From: an uncultured Nitrospiraceae bacterium
Lineage (GTDB): Bacteria > Nitrospirota > Thermodesulfovibrionia > Thermodesulfovibrionales > UBA6898
Assembly (NCBI GenBank): GCA_963811165.1
Contig: CAWEQH010000004.1
Span: forward strand, 352,001 to 416,000
Length of the DNA stretch: 64,000 nt
Reading direction: 5' to 3'
A program made the position numbers and the translations under genes. Positions 49,584 through 60,344 of the stretch are shown here, piece by piece. How positions within the stretch are numbered: the stretch's first letter is position 1; every line of letters starts with the position of its first letter. The notes beneath the pieces were generated by a model, which saw nothing but the letters and a program-made list of their open reading frames with translations, ran no database searches and had not been told where the DNA came from.

Positions 49584-50294
49584 CTAAAATACCCCCTGCT
49601 TCATGGTCCCGTCTTCCATTACATATGTCGGAACTCCGCCCATCCCGGCCTTTTGTGCTTCCGCTACGTCTTCCTCAACCATCTTCTTGGCCTCTTTGAG
49701 AAAATCCGCCTCTTTTGTAAGATCTTTCCTGTTTTTCTTCAGCCACTCAGCCTGCTCTGCAATGGCTTTCTGCGTCGCTCCCGGATGGATCTGCTCCAGG
49801 GGAAAGTACTTCACGATGACCCTGTATTCTCCGTTATAGCTGTTCAGTTTCTCCTTGGCGCTCTTGCAATATGGACAGTCCGGATCAAAAAACGCGTAGA
49901 TCGTTTTTTTGCCCGACGGGTTATAGACGAACCTGTCCTTATCCGAAGGCGTGAAATTTATGCGGCCCAATTCAGGCTCAAGATGTTTTGTGAAAATCGG
50001 CTTATTGCCTACAAATACCATGGAATTCGGCACCACTGACTTGCCGTCGCGAGATATGAAGAATATGACCGGCATATTTGCGGTTTGCTGCTTTACGTAG
50101 ACAACGACGGCCTTCCATTCGGCCGAGTTCGTATCTTCGACATCCCTGACCGTGTAGTCCTTTACCGGGCTTGTGTTCTTTATGAAATCATCTGCAATCT
50201 TCTTATAATCAGGCTTGGTGCACGACGTACTGACCAGCAGTAGCAAAAACATAGATATGAATATAAGGTTTTTTTTCACGCCACTTCTCCTCAA
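49584..50294 (-). CDS. DsbC/DsbA-like thioredoxin-fold lipoprotein
   Basis: Lipobox-like STSC, FFDPDCPYC, GVP cis-Pro motif. Confidence 0.82.
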   Translation of the reverse strand: MRRSGVKKNLIFISMFLLLLVSTSCTKPDYKKIADDFIKNTSPVKDYTVRDVEDTNSAEWKAVVVYVKQQTANMPVIFFISRDGKSVVPNSMVFVGNKPIFTKHLEPELGRINFTPSDKDRFVYNPSGKKTIYAFFDPDCPYCKSAKEKLNSYNGEYRVIVKYFPLEQIHPGATQKAIAEQAEWLKKNRKDLTKEADFLKEAKKMVEEDVAEAQKAGMGGVPTYVMEDGTMKQGVF

Positions 50295-50459
50295 TTACCG
50301 AATTTGCCTTTTATGCATTACAAAGAGTAGCACATGAAAAAGCGCTTTTTCAATCCCGGACGGTTTGGCGGTAACCAAGGATGCCTGCCGGGAGGCCTGG
50401 TTTGTCAGTATTTAACGCGCCAAAAGCCTGCTATAATTTAAAAAAACTACAGGGGTGTC

Positions 50460-52094
50460 GTGGAAGATGCAGTGAAGCGGACGGCAGGCAGGACATTCGC
50501 CCCCGACGGCGATTGTCACGGGGCTATTCATGGAGGCAGTAAGGTCGTCGACGTACTATGCGACCATGACCGGGAACTGATGACCGAGTTCAGCAGGGTC
50601 TGTGTAAGACGTCTCGGTAAGTACTTTCCCTTAAAGCTCTTCCTGTCCCTCTTTGAGCAGATCCTCGATGCCAATGTGCATAAGGAGATAGAGAAGGACG
50701 TATTGATCATCACACATGCCGCAGCCGGGTTTGTCAGGGGGAAGGACAAGGCTGCCATGGACGCGGACGAACTTTTCGAGTTGACAAAAGGGATCGATGA
50801 CGAGTTCATAAGAAAATTGTCGACCCCACTTTTTTCGATAGAAATCAGGTATGAGGATTTTGCGGAGATACGGAAAAGGAGAATCATCTCCCTCGTCAGT
50901 ATGGTATTCGATCTGATGGGTAAGTGGCGGGACGTGCTGTCTTTCGCCGATAATCTGAAAACCACGTATACGGAGAAACGCTACAGAGAAGTCCTTTACG
51001 GGCTCCTTCATCTTTACAATATCGAAACGAGGATGCTAAGCAATTCCTTCACCTTTCATGGCCCGGCCGGAAAGGTGAAGGACCTTTTTGCGGAAAAACT
51101 TTTTGCCACGATGGAAAGGACGGCCGAAGACCTTTGCTCGGAGTATACTCGCCGGGTATACGGCGAGGGAGACCACCCGATCGGCCGGCCGGGTCTGACA
51201 ATTAAGATGAAGATCTACAAAAAGGCACGGCTCCTCTACACCTGGGCTTTTAGCCGTACGAAGACCACGGCTGCGATAGACATCACAAGCAACTGCAACC
51301 TTAAGTGCGCCCATTGCTATTGGTGGAAGGAGGAGCGCCCGGAAGAACTCAGCGACGACGCCATGGTCGCCTTTATGAAAGACCTCAGGCGCCGGGGAAT
51401 GACTGCAGCCATCATCTATGGCGGAGAGCCGATGCTGCGACCCCGGATGTGCGAGGCGGCATCGAGGATCTTCGACCACCCGCTGATATTCACCAACGGG
51501 ACGCAGGGATTTGCGTCATTTGACGCCCAGTGGATCTTGTCCCTCGACGGCACAAGGGAGGTCCACGACAGCATAAGAGGTAAGGGCGCCTACGACTGCT
51601 CCGTCGAAAACCTCAGGAAGGCCCCGCGCAAACCTGTCGTCCATACAACGATCACCAGACAGAACCAGCACAACCTGGAAGAGTTCCTCGACGAGCTGAG
51701 CAGGTTGCCTGTAAAGGGGGTCGGATTCAGTTTCTACACACCCCATAGGACAAGGGATGAAAGCAGTCTCTTCATCCCGGTTGCCGAACGGGACAGCGTT
51801 TTGGATGAGCTTCTGCGGTTGAGGAAGAAGTATTGGAGGATAATGGGACTGACCGCTTCCATGGCAAATCAGTTCAGACAGGGTGGTGAATTCTCCGAGT
51901 GGAACAGCATCGAAAAATGCCCGGCCCACAAGGTTTGTAACTGTTATAACTCAGACGGTACGCCAAAGTCGTGCACCTACGGAAATGAAGCGGACTGCAG
52001 CCGTTGCGGCTGTGCAAGCATCGCCGTCTACCGTGCCGCGATCAACCATCTAGACCCCCTGGCCATCTTCATGATTCACCGCATGCTTAACTGA
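50460..52094 (+). CDS. Hypothetical helical domain fused to a radical SAM protein
   Basis: CNLKCAHC, GGEP, SLDG, C-terminal Cys cluster in the distal ~295 aa. Confidence 0.8.
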   Translation: MEDAVKRTAGRTFAPDGDCHGAIHGGSKVVDVLCDHDRELMTEFSRVCVRRLGKYFPLKLFLSLFEQILDANVHKEIEKDVLIITHAAAGFVRGKDKAAMDADELFELTKGIDDEFIRKLSTPLFSIEIRYEDFAEIRKRRIISLVSMVFDLMGKWRDVLSFADNLKTTYTEKRYREVLYGLLHLYNIETRMLSNSFTFHGPAGKVKDLFAEKLFATMERTAEDLCSEYTRRVYGEGDHPIGRPGLTIKMKIYKKARLLYTWAFSRTKTTAAIDITSNCNLKCAHCYWWKEERPEELSDDAMVAFMKDLRRRGMTAAIIYGGEPMLRPRMCEAASRIFDHPLIFTNGTQGFASFDAQWILSLDGTREVHDSIRGKGAYDCSVENLRKAPRKPVVHTTITRQNQHNLEEFLDELSRLPVKGVGFSFYTPHRTRDESSLFIPVAERDSVLDELLRLRKKYWRIMGLTASMANQFRQGGEFSEWNSIEKCPAHKVCNCYNSDGTPKSCTYGNEADCSRCGCASIAVYRAAINHLDPLAIFMIHRMLN

Positions 52095-52096
52095 TC

Positions 52097-52267
52097 TAAC
52101 CCCATTGTTGGCGGATGCGGGAGGCTAACCTTTCGCTCATTCTCGCTCCGCTCCTCCGCCACGTCGGATTTGCCTGTGGCGAAGAGGCAATTTCTTGCCT
52201 GCCTGCGGCCGGCAAATACGGGAAATTGAAGCCGCTCAAGGCCGGTCTCCTGCATCTGTGGGTCAAG
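52097..52267. repeat. Intergenic inverted-repeat (MITE/REP-like) element
   Basis: CGGATGCGGGAGGC near 52112 pairs with GTCTCCTGCATCTG near 52245; lies between convergent genes. Confidence 0.4.
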
Positions 52268-52336
52268 TGAAAAAAGTGTAATATCGGCAAAAGAAACCGC
52301 GCGTCTTATTCGGTTCGATTTACTGAATTAAGCAGG

Positions 52337-53191
52337 TTAGAAGCGGAATCCCATTCCTGCCCCGAAGTAATGAGTGTATCCGCCCAGGTCTCCGGTAAGC
52401 CGCACGCCTCCCTCCAAATCGACTTCCCAGAAGGGCGTAAGCAAGTACTGGATGCCGCTGTCTGCGTTGTAGCCCGCGCCTTTATCCGGGGCGGTTTTGC
52501 TCTGCCCGAAAATTTCACCGTAGAACTGAAGACGCACCGCAGGCTGCCAGGTGGCAACGAGATTGGAAATGAAACCGGTAAAACGCCTGCCCCCTGCGCT
52601 TGCCGGGTCGGTCTGCGAACTCACGCCAAGTTGAAGTGAGAGCCCTGTCTGCTCAGTCGGCGAACAGGCGGCTATAACGTTAGCGGCGACGCCGAGGCCT
52701 CGGCTCCCGAATGCGGACCCGCCTGTCGGCAGCGTCAACAGGGCTTCCACCGCGCCCGACCAGGAGCTGGTGTAGCCCAGTGAATGCTTAATACCGAGAG
52801 TAACAGCAGACGTGCCGGTGATCTTTTCTTCGGCCGAATCTGATTCGTGGTGTGCCGCCTGACGCGTATAATTGGGGGCAAGAATGACGAATTCGTTCCT
52901 CCCGGGCAGGCCGGTGCGAAAGACTGCCTGTGGATAATTGTCAGCTGTGCCGCCGCCTTGTCCCCGCAAAGTGGCGTGTTGGAACCCAAACTCCATCACT
53001 ACGCTGCCTAAAGGAATGACGCATGCACTGTCCGAGACGGTCGGCCGGTCCAGGATTGCAAGGAAGGAAGATGGGCCCGCACAGGGGTCGGAGACAACAG
53101 ACTCCTGCTCGACGGCATAGGCCTGTACCCAGACTGCAAGCAAGATTGCGAGGACCAGAGAAATTTGAACCACGCGGCGCACGATTCGCAT
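52337..53191 (-). CDS. Outer-membrane beta-barrel (MetA-pathway / phenol-degradation transporter-like)
   Basis: Signal peptide, DRP..SDSA, alternating beta strands, C-terminal RF; start revised to avoid the tRNA promoter. Confidence 0.8.
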   Translation of the reverse strand: MRIVRRVVQISLVLAILLAVWVQAYAVEQESVVSDPCAGPSSFLAILDRPTVSDSACVIPLGSVVMEFGFQHATLRGQGGGTADNYPQAVFRTGLPGRNEFVILAPNYTRQAAHHESDSAEEKITGTSAVTLGIKHSLGYTSSWSGAVEALLTLPTGGSAFGSRGLGVAANVIAACSPTEQTGLSLQLGVSSQTDPASAGGRRFTGFISNLVATWQPAVRLQFYGEIFGQSKTAPDKGAGYNADSGIQYLLTPFWEVDLEGGVRLTGDLGGYTHYFGAGMGFRF

Positions 53192-53300
53192 GTCTTTAAG
53201 CATCTCATACCCTGCGTATTGGATCAAGAGGCTTTTTATCGAAAACTTGACAGAATGGCCGTTTTTGCGGTTTAATGAATATCTCCAAGTTTGGTTCAAC

Positions 53301-53375
53301 AGGCTCGTAGCTCAGGGGGAGAGCGCTACCTTGACACGGTAGAGGTCGGCGGTTCGAAACCGCCCGGGCCTACCA
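53301..53375 (+). tRNA. tRNA-Val (GAC)
   Basis: Cloverleaf AGGCTCG...CGGGCCT-ACCA; anticodon arm CTACC-TTGACAC-GGTAG; GTTCGAAAC T-loop. Confidence 0.96.
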
Positions 53376-53390
53376 TATAAACATAAGAGG

Positions 53391-54150
53391 TTAGTCATTG
53401 TCCATAGCCTCTTTTTTTGTGGAATGTGAAGTAAAATGTGAAGTTGGCACTTTTTGCACGTCATTAATCGTCTTATCAAGGATATCCACCGCTTGGGCCA
53501 GGTGGGCTGGTGACAGGTGCGAATACCGCAAAGTCATTTTAATGTCCTTATGCCCGAGTAACTGGGATACCGTTGGAAGGTTCACGCCACCCATTACCAA
53601 ATGTGAAGCGAACGTGTGCCGCAAATCGCGGAAGTGAAAGTCCGTGATCCGCGCCCGTATGGCGCTTGTCTTCTTTAAAAAGCTTACCCTTTTTCATGCC
53701 CTTCAAGACTTCGGGCTCGACCGTTTCCCAATCGACCGCTTTAGAAAACATATGCTTTAATACGTTCACGATCTTGTTATTGCTCGCGGGCTTCAGGCCC
53801 CTGTTGATCAGGTCCGTTTGATGCTTTTCTACCAGTGCCTTCGAAAACTTTCTCAAAGGAAGATTGCCGAATACCTGGACCAGTTGGCCGATAATGTACC
53901 CTTTCACCTTGGCTGAGTTCTGCCGTCCGGTTACCCAGGTCATATACTCTTCAGCGAGTTGTGCAAACGTGAAATTCTGGATCTTCTTGCGGTCCGGCTG
54001 CTTACGCTCTATCTCGATGGAGTGCTTCCGGCCGGTTAGCATCGTCTTTGCATCCTGGAACTTGTCGCTTTCCGAGGAGTCACGGATCTTACGACCATCA
54101 AGGCCGACGTAACATATCCACCAAATATTTCCGCGCCTTTCGATTTTGCC
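53391..54150 (-). pseudogene. Tyrosine integrase remnant at tRNA-Val
   Basis: N-terminal SAM-like part joined out of frame to ITDFHFRDLRHTFASHL...LGH...MTLRYSHL; central catalytic region missing; HxxR His replaced by Arg. Confidence 0.85.
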
Positions 54151-54479
54151 GCAGAGCGTGTTCGTCGGTGCACAACGCATGCCGGCCCTTTGAGACATTG
54201 TCCATCTGGTCAAACAGTGGCAATATGTTTAATCCAAGTCCCGCCAAAAAAATGTTCTTTGTATCTTTCCGATTCAACCTGTGTAGTTTGGTATAATTTA
54301 GTCATGAAATACAGAGATTATGAACGTGACAAGGACGGCAGGCTTACTATATATCCTTCTTTGTATGAACCCCGAGAAAAAGGTTTTTGCAGCAGAATGT
54401 TCAAGGAGATAATAAATCTTATCGTTAAACGTAGAAAATAGAATGGGCAGGCCGTATGGGGATCGGGGATGCGTCTTCA

Positions 54480-54764
54480 AGATCGGCGCCTTTTTGAAGC
54501 CAATCTGTGACACGATTTTTGGTTCCGTTCCATATAAACGTTTCAAGCAGTTAGATCAGGCTCCTAAGCAGGTCGTCCTTTTTATTCAGGGCATGTCCCG
54601 AAAAGGAACTGGGGCCAAAGGAAGAAGTGTTTCGGGACATCCGAATGAAGCTGTGGGAGATCTTAAGCCAAAAGGAAATGGACAACGTCACGTTCGATAT
54701 CAAAGAGGTTGATGACCTGCAGGTGGATCCGAAGACCGGCAAATTCAGGCTCATTACCCGCTGA
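54480..54764 (+). pseudogene. C-terminal fragment of phenylacetate-CoA ligase / CapK-like gene
   Basis: Ends ...EVDDLQVDPKTGKFRLITR*; frameshifted upstream, no start. Confidence 0.5.
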
Positions 54765-54793
54765 TCGCCCACGGTACGAGGTTGCGCCGACGT

Positions 54794-57706
54794 CTACTGC
54801 AGTATCAGATTTTCGACTGTTGCCCCTCCGGCACGTATCGTCATACCCCCTGTTATCGTCGTAAGCCCGGTCTCGGAGGAAAAATCGGAATTGTATCCTC
54901 CTTTAAGGATGATGAGCCTGTTGTCATCGAAGTAAAGGGTCTCACTAAGAGCAACCGACTGGGCCTGAAGAGTATCTCCGCTTGAGGCTGTATCATATGC
55001 ATCCTGCACCTTAAGAAAATATGACGTAACAGGACCCGATAGCCTTCTTACAGGATAAGCCCGGAAGGTAGCGGTTATCGTATGCTCGGCCACATCCGAA
55101 ATTGTGTACTGACCGTTAGACACCAGATCGGTAACGTCTGCCGAGTTGTCGGTAAGTGTTTGCAGATAATAACCCGTATCAGGGCTTATCGTGCAGACAG
55201 AACTGCCGTGGGGATCACCGGGAATTGTACAGATAATCGTACCATGCCCCGAGGGAGCCGCAAAATCAAAATAGAGCGGCGAAGCGATCTTCAGTATGAA
55301 GGCGTCGTAGGCCTCTGCGTTAGTGGTCTGATAGGCCCCTGCGGTCACAGGGAAGTCAATAGACCATGTATACCCCGTCAGATAGGCATTACCCATGGTA
55401 TCTACTGTTACGCTCTGGGGGCTCTCCTCGGGAATGCCGTACCCGGGATTGACAGCGCTTCCGCCGAGATAGGTGGAGTAGAGTAAAGAGCTGCCGCTGG
55501 CGTTTACTTTCGCGACAAAGAGGTCCACGTCTCCTTTTTTCGTATCCTGCAAAAAATTTGCAAGCGGAAAGTCGGTTGATCCGCTGGTCCCTATCACATA
55601 GGCATGTGAAGCCGAATCCACCGCGACATCGATGCCCTGATCATCCCCGCTTCCGCCGAGATAGGTGGAGTAGACGAGCGCATTTCCTGCGGCATTCAGC
55701 TTTGTTACGAAGGCATCGAATTTGTTGACATGGTCCGGAGGCAGCAGACCGTCATCGTTACAGGTGCCGTCGGTTCCGCAGGAGGTGTCAAAGGCACCGT
55801 CAGTTGTCGGGAAATCGGATGAGGCGGTCCGGCCGGCCACATATGCATTGCCTGAGGCATCCACCGCAATGCCGACTCCCCGGTCTTCGCCGCCGCCCCC
55901 GAGGAAAGTGGAATAGATTACTGTGCCGTCAGCGCCGTGTATCTTTGCCACAAAGGCGTCAAAGGCCCCCCCGCCAAATGTGTCCTGTACGGCTTCCTCG
56001 ATAGGAAAATCGGTGGAACCAGTCGCCCCTGTAACATAGACATCTGCCGATGAGTCGATGGTTATGCGATAGCCCCGGTCGTCGCCCCCGCCCCCGAGAT
56101 AGGTGGAAAAGACAAGAGATTCCTCTCCGGAGGCAGAGGGATTCACCTTCGCCACGAATGCATCATAGGCCCCGCCGCCGAACTGCTCCTGGTAGGCATT
56201 TTTTACGGGGAAAGCCGTGGAGTTGGTTAACCCAGTCACATAGGCGCTACCGGACGCGTCTACGACGATTCCCATCCCGTAGTCAGTGCCGCTTCCGCCC
56301 AGGTATGAAGAGTAAAGAAGGGTATCGCCCATGGCATTCAGTACCGTCACCACGGCGTCATAGCCTCCGGCATTGGATTTCTGGTATGCATTGTCGGATA
56401 TCGGAAAGTCGGTAGAATTCGTCAAACCGGCAATATAGATGTTCCCCGCGGAGTCAAGGGCGATAGCGCTGGCGTTATCCTCATTGTACGCGCCACTGGC
56501 GCCGCCAAGGTATGTGGAGTAAAGAAGTGTCGTGCCGTCTGCGCTCAGCTTCGAGATGAAGATGTCATACCCGCCGGCATTGTAGCCTTGCCGCGGATTC
56601 ACCGTGGGAAAGTCGGCAGACCAGGTCTCTCCCGCCACATAGGCATTGCCCGAAGAGTCCACTGCGATCGTAGTGCCGAAGTCCCAGCCATAGCCATAGC
56701 CATAATACGTGCCTCCAAGATAAGTAGAGTACATTAACACAGGGTCGATGATGAGGGGTTCGTCTGTGTGGTAGGCTGCCACTTTAAAGCCCACCTTGTC
56801 TTTGTCTTTGAGTACATAGCCGCCTTCGACACTTTGTCGCAAGCCGTGTATCAGCTGATACATGGCCGGTTTGCGCAGGGTCACCTGAGCGCCGCCGGGC
56901 ATATGGAATATCAGGTTGCCCTGTCCGTCAACTTCAAGACGGTCTGCGCCTTCAAACTTCAGCTGGATGGCCCCTGGGTCCATCCCTCTGTCCACAACAA
57001 AATCATACTCCAGCTGACGCTGATTTCCATAAAAAACCAGATCTATGCCGGGATACAGGTCATGGTATTTGACACGAGAGTAATGGGGGATCTCGGCACG
57101 CCACTTCAGTGGGTCATTGCCGATAAAATAATTGCTCCTGCCGGGCAGAGATGCCATGCCGGCGATCTTGGGGTCTTTGGCGGCGCCTGAAAACTTCATC
57201 CTGAGCATGGCGGAAGAGGTTTTTCCGGCCAGCAGACCCTTGGCATCATCGTGTTGCCTGTCTTCGCTGCCGCGAGCGGCATTCCTTTGGGGAAGCGGCT
57301 TAGCAGCTTTCAGCATCACTATCGCTTCGGCAGGGGTCAGGAGCATGGAATACCCCCTTCCGTAAGAGACAAATTTCACGGGACCATCCGACTGTCCTCC
57401 GCTCTCCTCAAAAAATAAGGGGAGCCTGCCATAGTTTTCCATGATTCGTGTCTTTGCCGCCGCATCAGGCTTCGTAAGCCCTGATAGCGGGACAGCGGGC
57501 ACTGCATGAATCTCTGCTACGATATGCGCCGTTTCCCGGCCGGTTGAAATAATGGATTTACCGGCGATGGCGGTGTCCCTAAGAGGCTGCCGCTTCTCTT
57601 TGCCGGCAGACGTGAAGTCTAATGCTATGGTGCCCCATAAAAGGATGACAAAAAATGTGATGGTAAAAATGCGAGAAAGAAGCAAGGCTGCGAACCTTCT
57701 GATCAT
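54794..57706 (-). CDS. Large secreted SBBP (beta-propeller) repeat protein
   Basis: LPLFFEE / NYFIGND / YPGIDL N-domain; repeats YSTYLGG...IAVD..GNAYV.G.T.S.DFP. Confidence 0.92.
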   Translation of the reverse strand: MIRRFAALLLSRIFTITFFVILLWGTIALDFTSAGKEKRQPLRDTAIAGKSIISTGRETAHIVAEIHAVPAVPLSGLTKPDAAAKTRIMENYGRLPLFFEESGGQSDGPVKFVSYGRGYSMLLTPAEAIVMLKAAKPLPQRNAARGSEDRQHDDAKGLLAGKTSSAMLRMKFSGAAKDPKIAGMASLPGRSNYFIGNDPLKWRAEIPHYSRVKYHDLYPGIDLVFYGNQRQLEYDFVVDRGMDPGAIQLKFEGADRLEVDGQGNLIFHMPGGAQVTLRKPAMYQLIHGLRQSVEGGYVLKDKDKVGFKVAAYHTDEPLIIDPVLMYSTYLGGTYYGYGYGWDFGTTIAVDSSGNAYVAGETWSADFPTVNPRQGYNAGGYDIFISKLSADGTTLLYSTYLGGASGAYNEDNASAIALDSAGNIYIAGLTNSTDFPISDNAYQKSNAGGYDAVVTVLNAMGDTLLYSSYLGGSGTDYGMGIVVDASGSAYVTGLTNSTAFPVKNAYQEQFGGGAYDAFVAKVNPSASGEESLVFSTYLGGGGDDRGYRITIDSSADVYVTGATGSTDFPIEEAVQDTFGGGAFDAFVAKIHGADGTVIYSTFLGGGGEDRGVGIAVDASGNAYVAGRTASSDFPTTDGAFDTSCGTDGTCNDDGLLPPDHVNKFDAFVTKLNAAGNALVYSTYLGGSGDDQGIDVAVDSASHAYVIGTSGSTDFPLANFLQDTKKGDVDLFVAKVNASGSSLLYSTYLGGSAVNPGYGIPEESPQSVTVDTMGNAYLTGYTWSIDFPVTAGAYQTTNAEAYDAFILKIASPLYFDFAAPSGHGTIICTIPGDPHGSSVCTISPDTGYYLQTLTDNSADVTDLVSNGQYTISDVAEHTITATFRAYPVRRLSGPVTSYFLKVQDAYDTASSGDTLQAQSVALSETLYFDDNRLIILKGGYNSDFSSETGLTTITGGMTIRAGGATVENLILQ

Positions 57707-57831
57707 CGCGAATCTCCCTTCCTACTATGCATGCGAGGAAAACAAAATGCCTGCACCCTCCAGGGCCTCCTCATCCCCCGCTGTCATCCGGGTATCGTTA
57801 TTCAGACTATCTTAATATATGTGTGATTTTC

Positions 57832-57847
57832 TGTGATGGGCATCACA
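57832..57847. promoter_or_regulatory. CRP/FNR-family palindrome
   Basis: TGTGAT-GGGC-ATCACA upstream of the SBBP gene, with TAAGAT -10 on the minus strand. Confidence 0.55.
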
Positions 57848-58317
57848 AGACAGATGAGATTTGACGATGAAATAATTTTAATCCCTTCGTGCACCTTGCT
57901 TTCCGGCGGGCGATTCAATGTTTTCTGCTTTTCTCTATTTTTTCCCTTAGAATGAGCGAAATAAAGTCTTCCGCATATACAGGTAATGACATCCCCTTTC
58001 TGAAAACCACCGAAAGATAATCGGCCCCGAAATATTACAATTACCTCCTAATTCCTAGTGTCCGTATAAGTGTCCAATAGACCCCAATTTTGACGAATCA
58101 CGCTTCGAAAGAATCAGTCTCGCAGACGATATCGGTTTAATTGTGATCACGTGGAGGAATTTCTTGTCCAAAAAGTGGTTATTCAGCAGAGGCTGATATC
58201 AACATGGGCCGAACATCCGATATATAACCTATCGTAATCAGATACCCACCCCTTGACAAGAGCTCTTGATGAAGTGATAGTAATATACGTGAAAACTAAT
58301 TGCCTCAAGGATATGTG

Positions 58318-59568
58318 ATGCAGGACAAGAGGAGACACAAAAGATACACTTTGAAGGTTATGGAAGTTGAAGGCAAAATGATGTTCGCTTCTGAAGTGAA
58401 AATCATCGATATAAGTATTGATGGAATATCAGTGAAAGCAAACAGGCGGCTTAATATCGGCAGTGAATATTTACTGAAATTGGATGATAAAAAAAAGGTC
58501 ATCTCTCTGAAAGGTACCGTCATATGGTCTTCACTCAGCGAAAGCAGAAAAGGTCCTGGTGGCGGATTGGTCCCCATATACGCAGTCGGTATGAAATTCA
58601 ATAATATTTCCGTTCAGCAGATTACTGAACTTCTGGAATTTATCGAAGGGCACAAGAAAGAGGAAGTGCCTATGACAGGAGGGCAGCGGCTTAATATACG
58701 GTTTCACATGAAGGATCGGGCAAACGTGATTTTGAATTTTCCCACAATGTACAAAGTAAAATCAATCAGTTTTGGAGGTATGCTCATCGAATGCATGAGA
58801 GATCTTGAAGTCAACAGCAGGATACCCATGGAGTTATCCGTTCATGACGATAAGCCTATTAATTTTATGGGCAGAGTTGTTACATGTAAAGTCATTGGCG
58901 GTGGCGGCCAGAAACTATATGAAATAGGGGTAGAGTTTTTAGATTTGGCAGTTGAGGATAGGGGAGTACTCACGACATTCATAGAGTATTGCAATATTGC
59001 GGAGACCGGAAACGAAACGGACACGACTGCCAAAAAGGCTGTTGATGAGGATATTCCCGGCATTTCACAGGAATTCATAGACAGGGCGGAATATTCGCCG
59101 CTGACCGATCCTAAATTGGGAAAGGAATATTACATAAGACCTGTCCCAAGGGGCGGACCGGCAATGGAACGCGTTAAGGTCGTCGTTAACTATGCAGATG
59201 GCAGAATTATCAGGGGCCATGCAAATGATTTCTCGCCTGCTAGCCCCTCTTTTCATGTTCATCCGATTGAATTGGGCCTTGCCGACAAGGGAATTGAGGT
59301 AGCCATGAAGGAGCTTAAGGCCCTATTCTTTGTGAAGGATTTCACCGGGAACCGAGTTTCCATTGACAGGAAGGAATTTACCAAAGGTCAGCAACTTTCC
59401 GGGCGCAAAGTGGAAGTTACATTCGCTGATGGTGAGGTGTTGGTCGGATCGGTCTTGGGTTATGACACCCGTCGTCTTGGGTTTTTCGTTACTCCTGCCG
59501 ATTCGCAGTCCAACAATTTGAGAGTGTTTGTTGTATCAGCAGCGGTAAAAAACTTTCGTTACCTGTAA
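58318..59568 (+). CDS. Tandem PilZ-domain protein with C-terminal domain of unknown function
   Basis: RRHKR and DISIDG (PilZ1); RLNIR and SISFGG (PilZ2); duplicated KV.V.(Y/F)ADG domain. Confidence 0.85.
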   Translation: MQDKRRHKRYTLKVMEVEGKMMFASEVKIIDISIDGISVKANRRLNIGSEYLLKLDDKKKVISLKGTVIWSSLSESRKGPGGGLVPIYAVGMKFNNISVQQITELLEFIEGHKKEEVPMTGGQRLNIRFHMKDRANVILNFPTMYKVKSISFGGMLIECMRDLEVNSRIPMELSVHDDKPINFMGRVVTCKVIGGGGQKLYEIGVEFLDLAVEDRGVLTTFIEYCNIAETGNETDTTAKKAVDEDIPGISQEFIDRAEYSPLTDPKLGKEYYIRPVPRGGPAMERVKVVVNYADGRIIRGHANDFSPASPSFHVHPIELGLADKGIEVAMKELKALFFVKDFTGNRVSIDRKEFTKGQQLSGRKVEVTFADGEVLVGSVLGYDTRRLGFFVTPADSQSNNLRVFVVSAAVKNFRYL

Positions 59569-59823
59569 TCCCCTCTAAAATAATTTTTTGTAACGTCATT
59601 GGTCACTCAGCCGACCCGCTGAGATAATTTTCCCCCCCCCCGTTTATCCCTGGAGAATTGGGAATCTTTGTAGAGAAAAAATTATAAGTCCGTCTCAAGT
59701 GCTTCCTGAAAGCCGCAGCGATTTCGAGATCCGATAACGGTTTCTTTCCCTTCCTGATCCGTAAAATAGTGAGAGCTCAAACCGCGAGAAATACTCCCTC
59801 CTAAATCAGGCACGGGTGCCCAT

Positions 59824-59910
59824 TTACTGAGAGATAAACATCATTACCGCAACCGCGAAAATCGCCAGCAAGAGGCCGAAACCCAGACCTAGCCGTATTA
59901 CTATCTGCAT
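59824..59910 (-). pseudogene. N-terminal fragment resembling an MCP first TM segment
   Basis: MQIVIRLGLGFGLLLAIFAV...*. Confidence 0.35.
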
Positions 59911-60344
59911 ATTGCTACCATTTCGTTTATGTTTTCAACAGCCCAAGTGAATCAATAGAATCGTTACCGCAGAATTACTATCTGGGCAATTTGAGGACAA
60001 CTGATCTGGCATCGATATCAATAATTCCACAAAATTTATAGCCAGTCAAATTAAGTTTTCTTAATGTTCCTTTAACGTGGCGACGTTTAACAGTCGGGAC
60101 TCAACAGCATGGGCCAACTATCAGGTTGTCGGGTACTCGATATTCACCCGTCTTTTCCACTCTCTTTTCTATTGCAATTCGCAATAAAGGTTGCAGGGTC
60201 GTAAAGAACACGGTAACATTATTATATCTGACCACATATTCAAGAGCGGTCGTCGATAAAGGTAATTGCATCACTCTCGCATCCCTTTAGAGTGTAGTTA
60301 TAGAACGCCCTTTGGGCGTGCATTCAAAAGCAAGGAGGCAAAGC

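Noticed and set aside
52095..52270. Integron attC site
   Set aside because: ATCTAAC fits the inverse core, but there is no GTTRRRY core, no cassette array and no intI
58065..58095. Possible dif site (GTCCGTATAAG...)
   Set aside because: No XerD-arm TTATGTTAAA-like half-site
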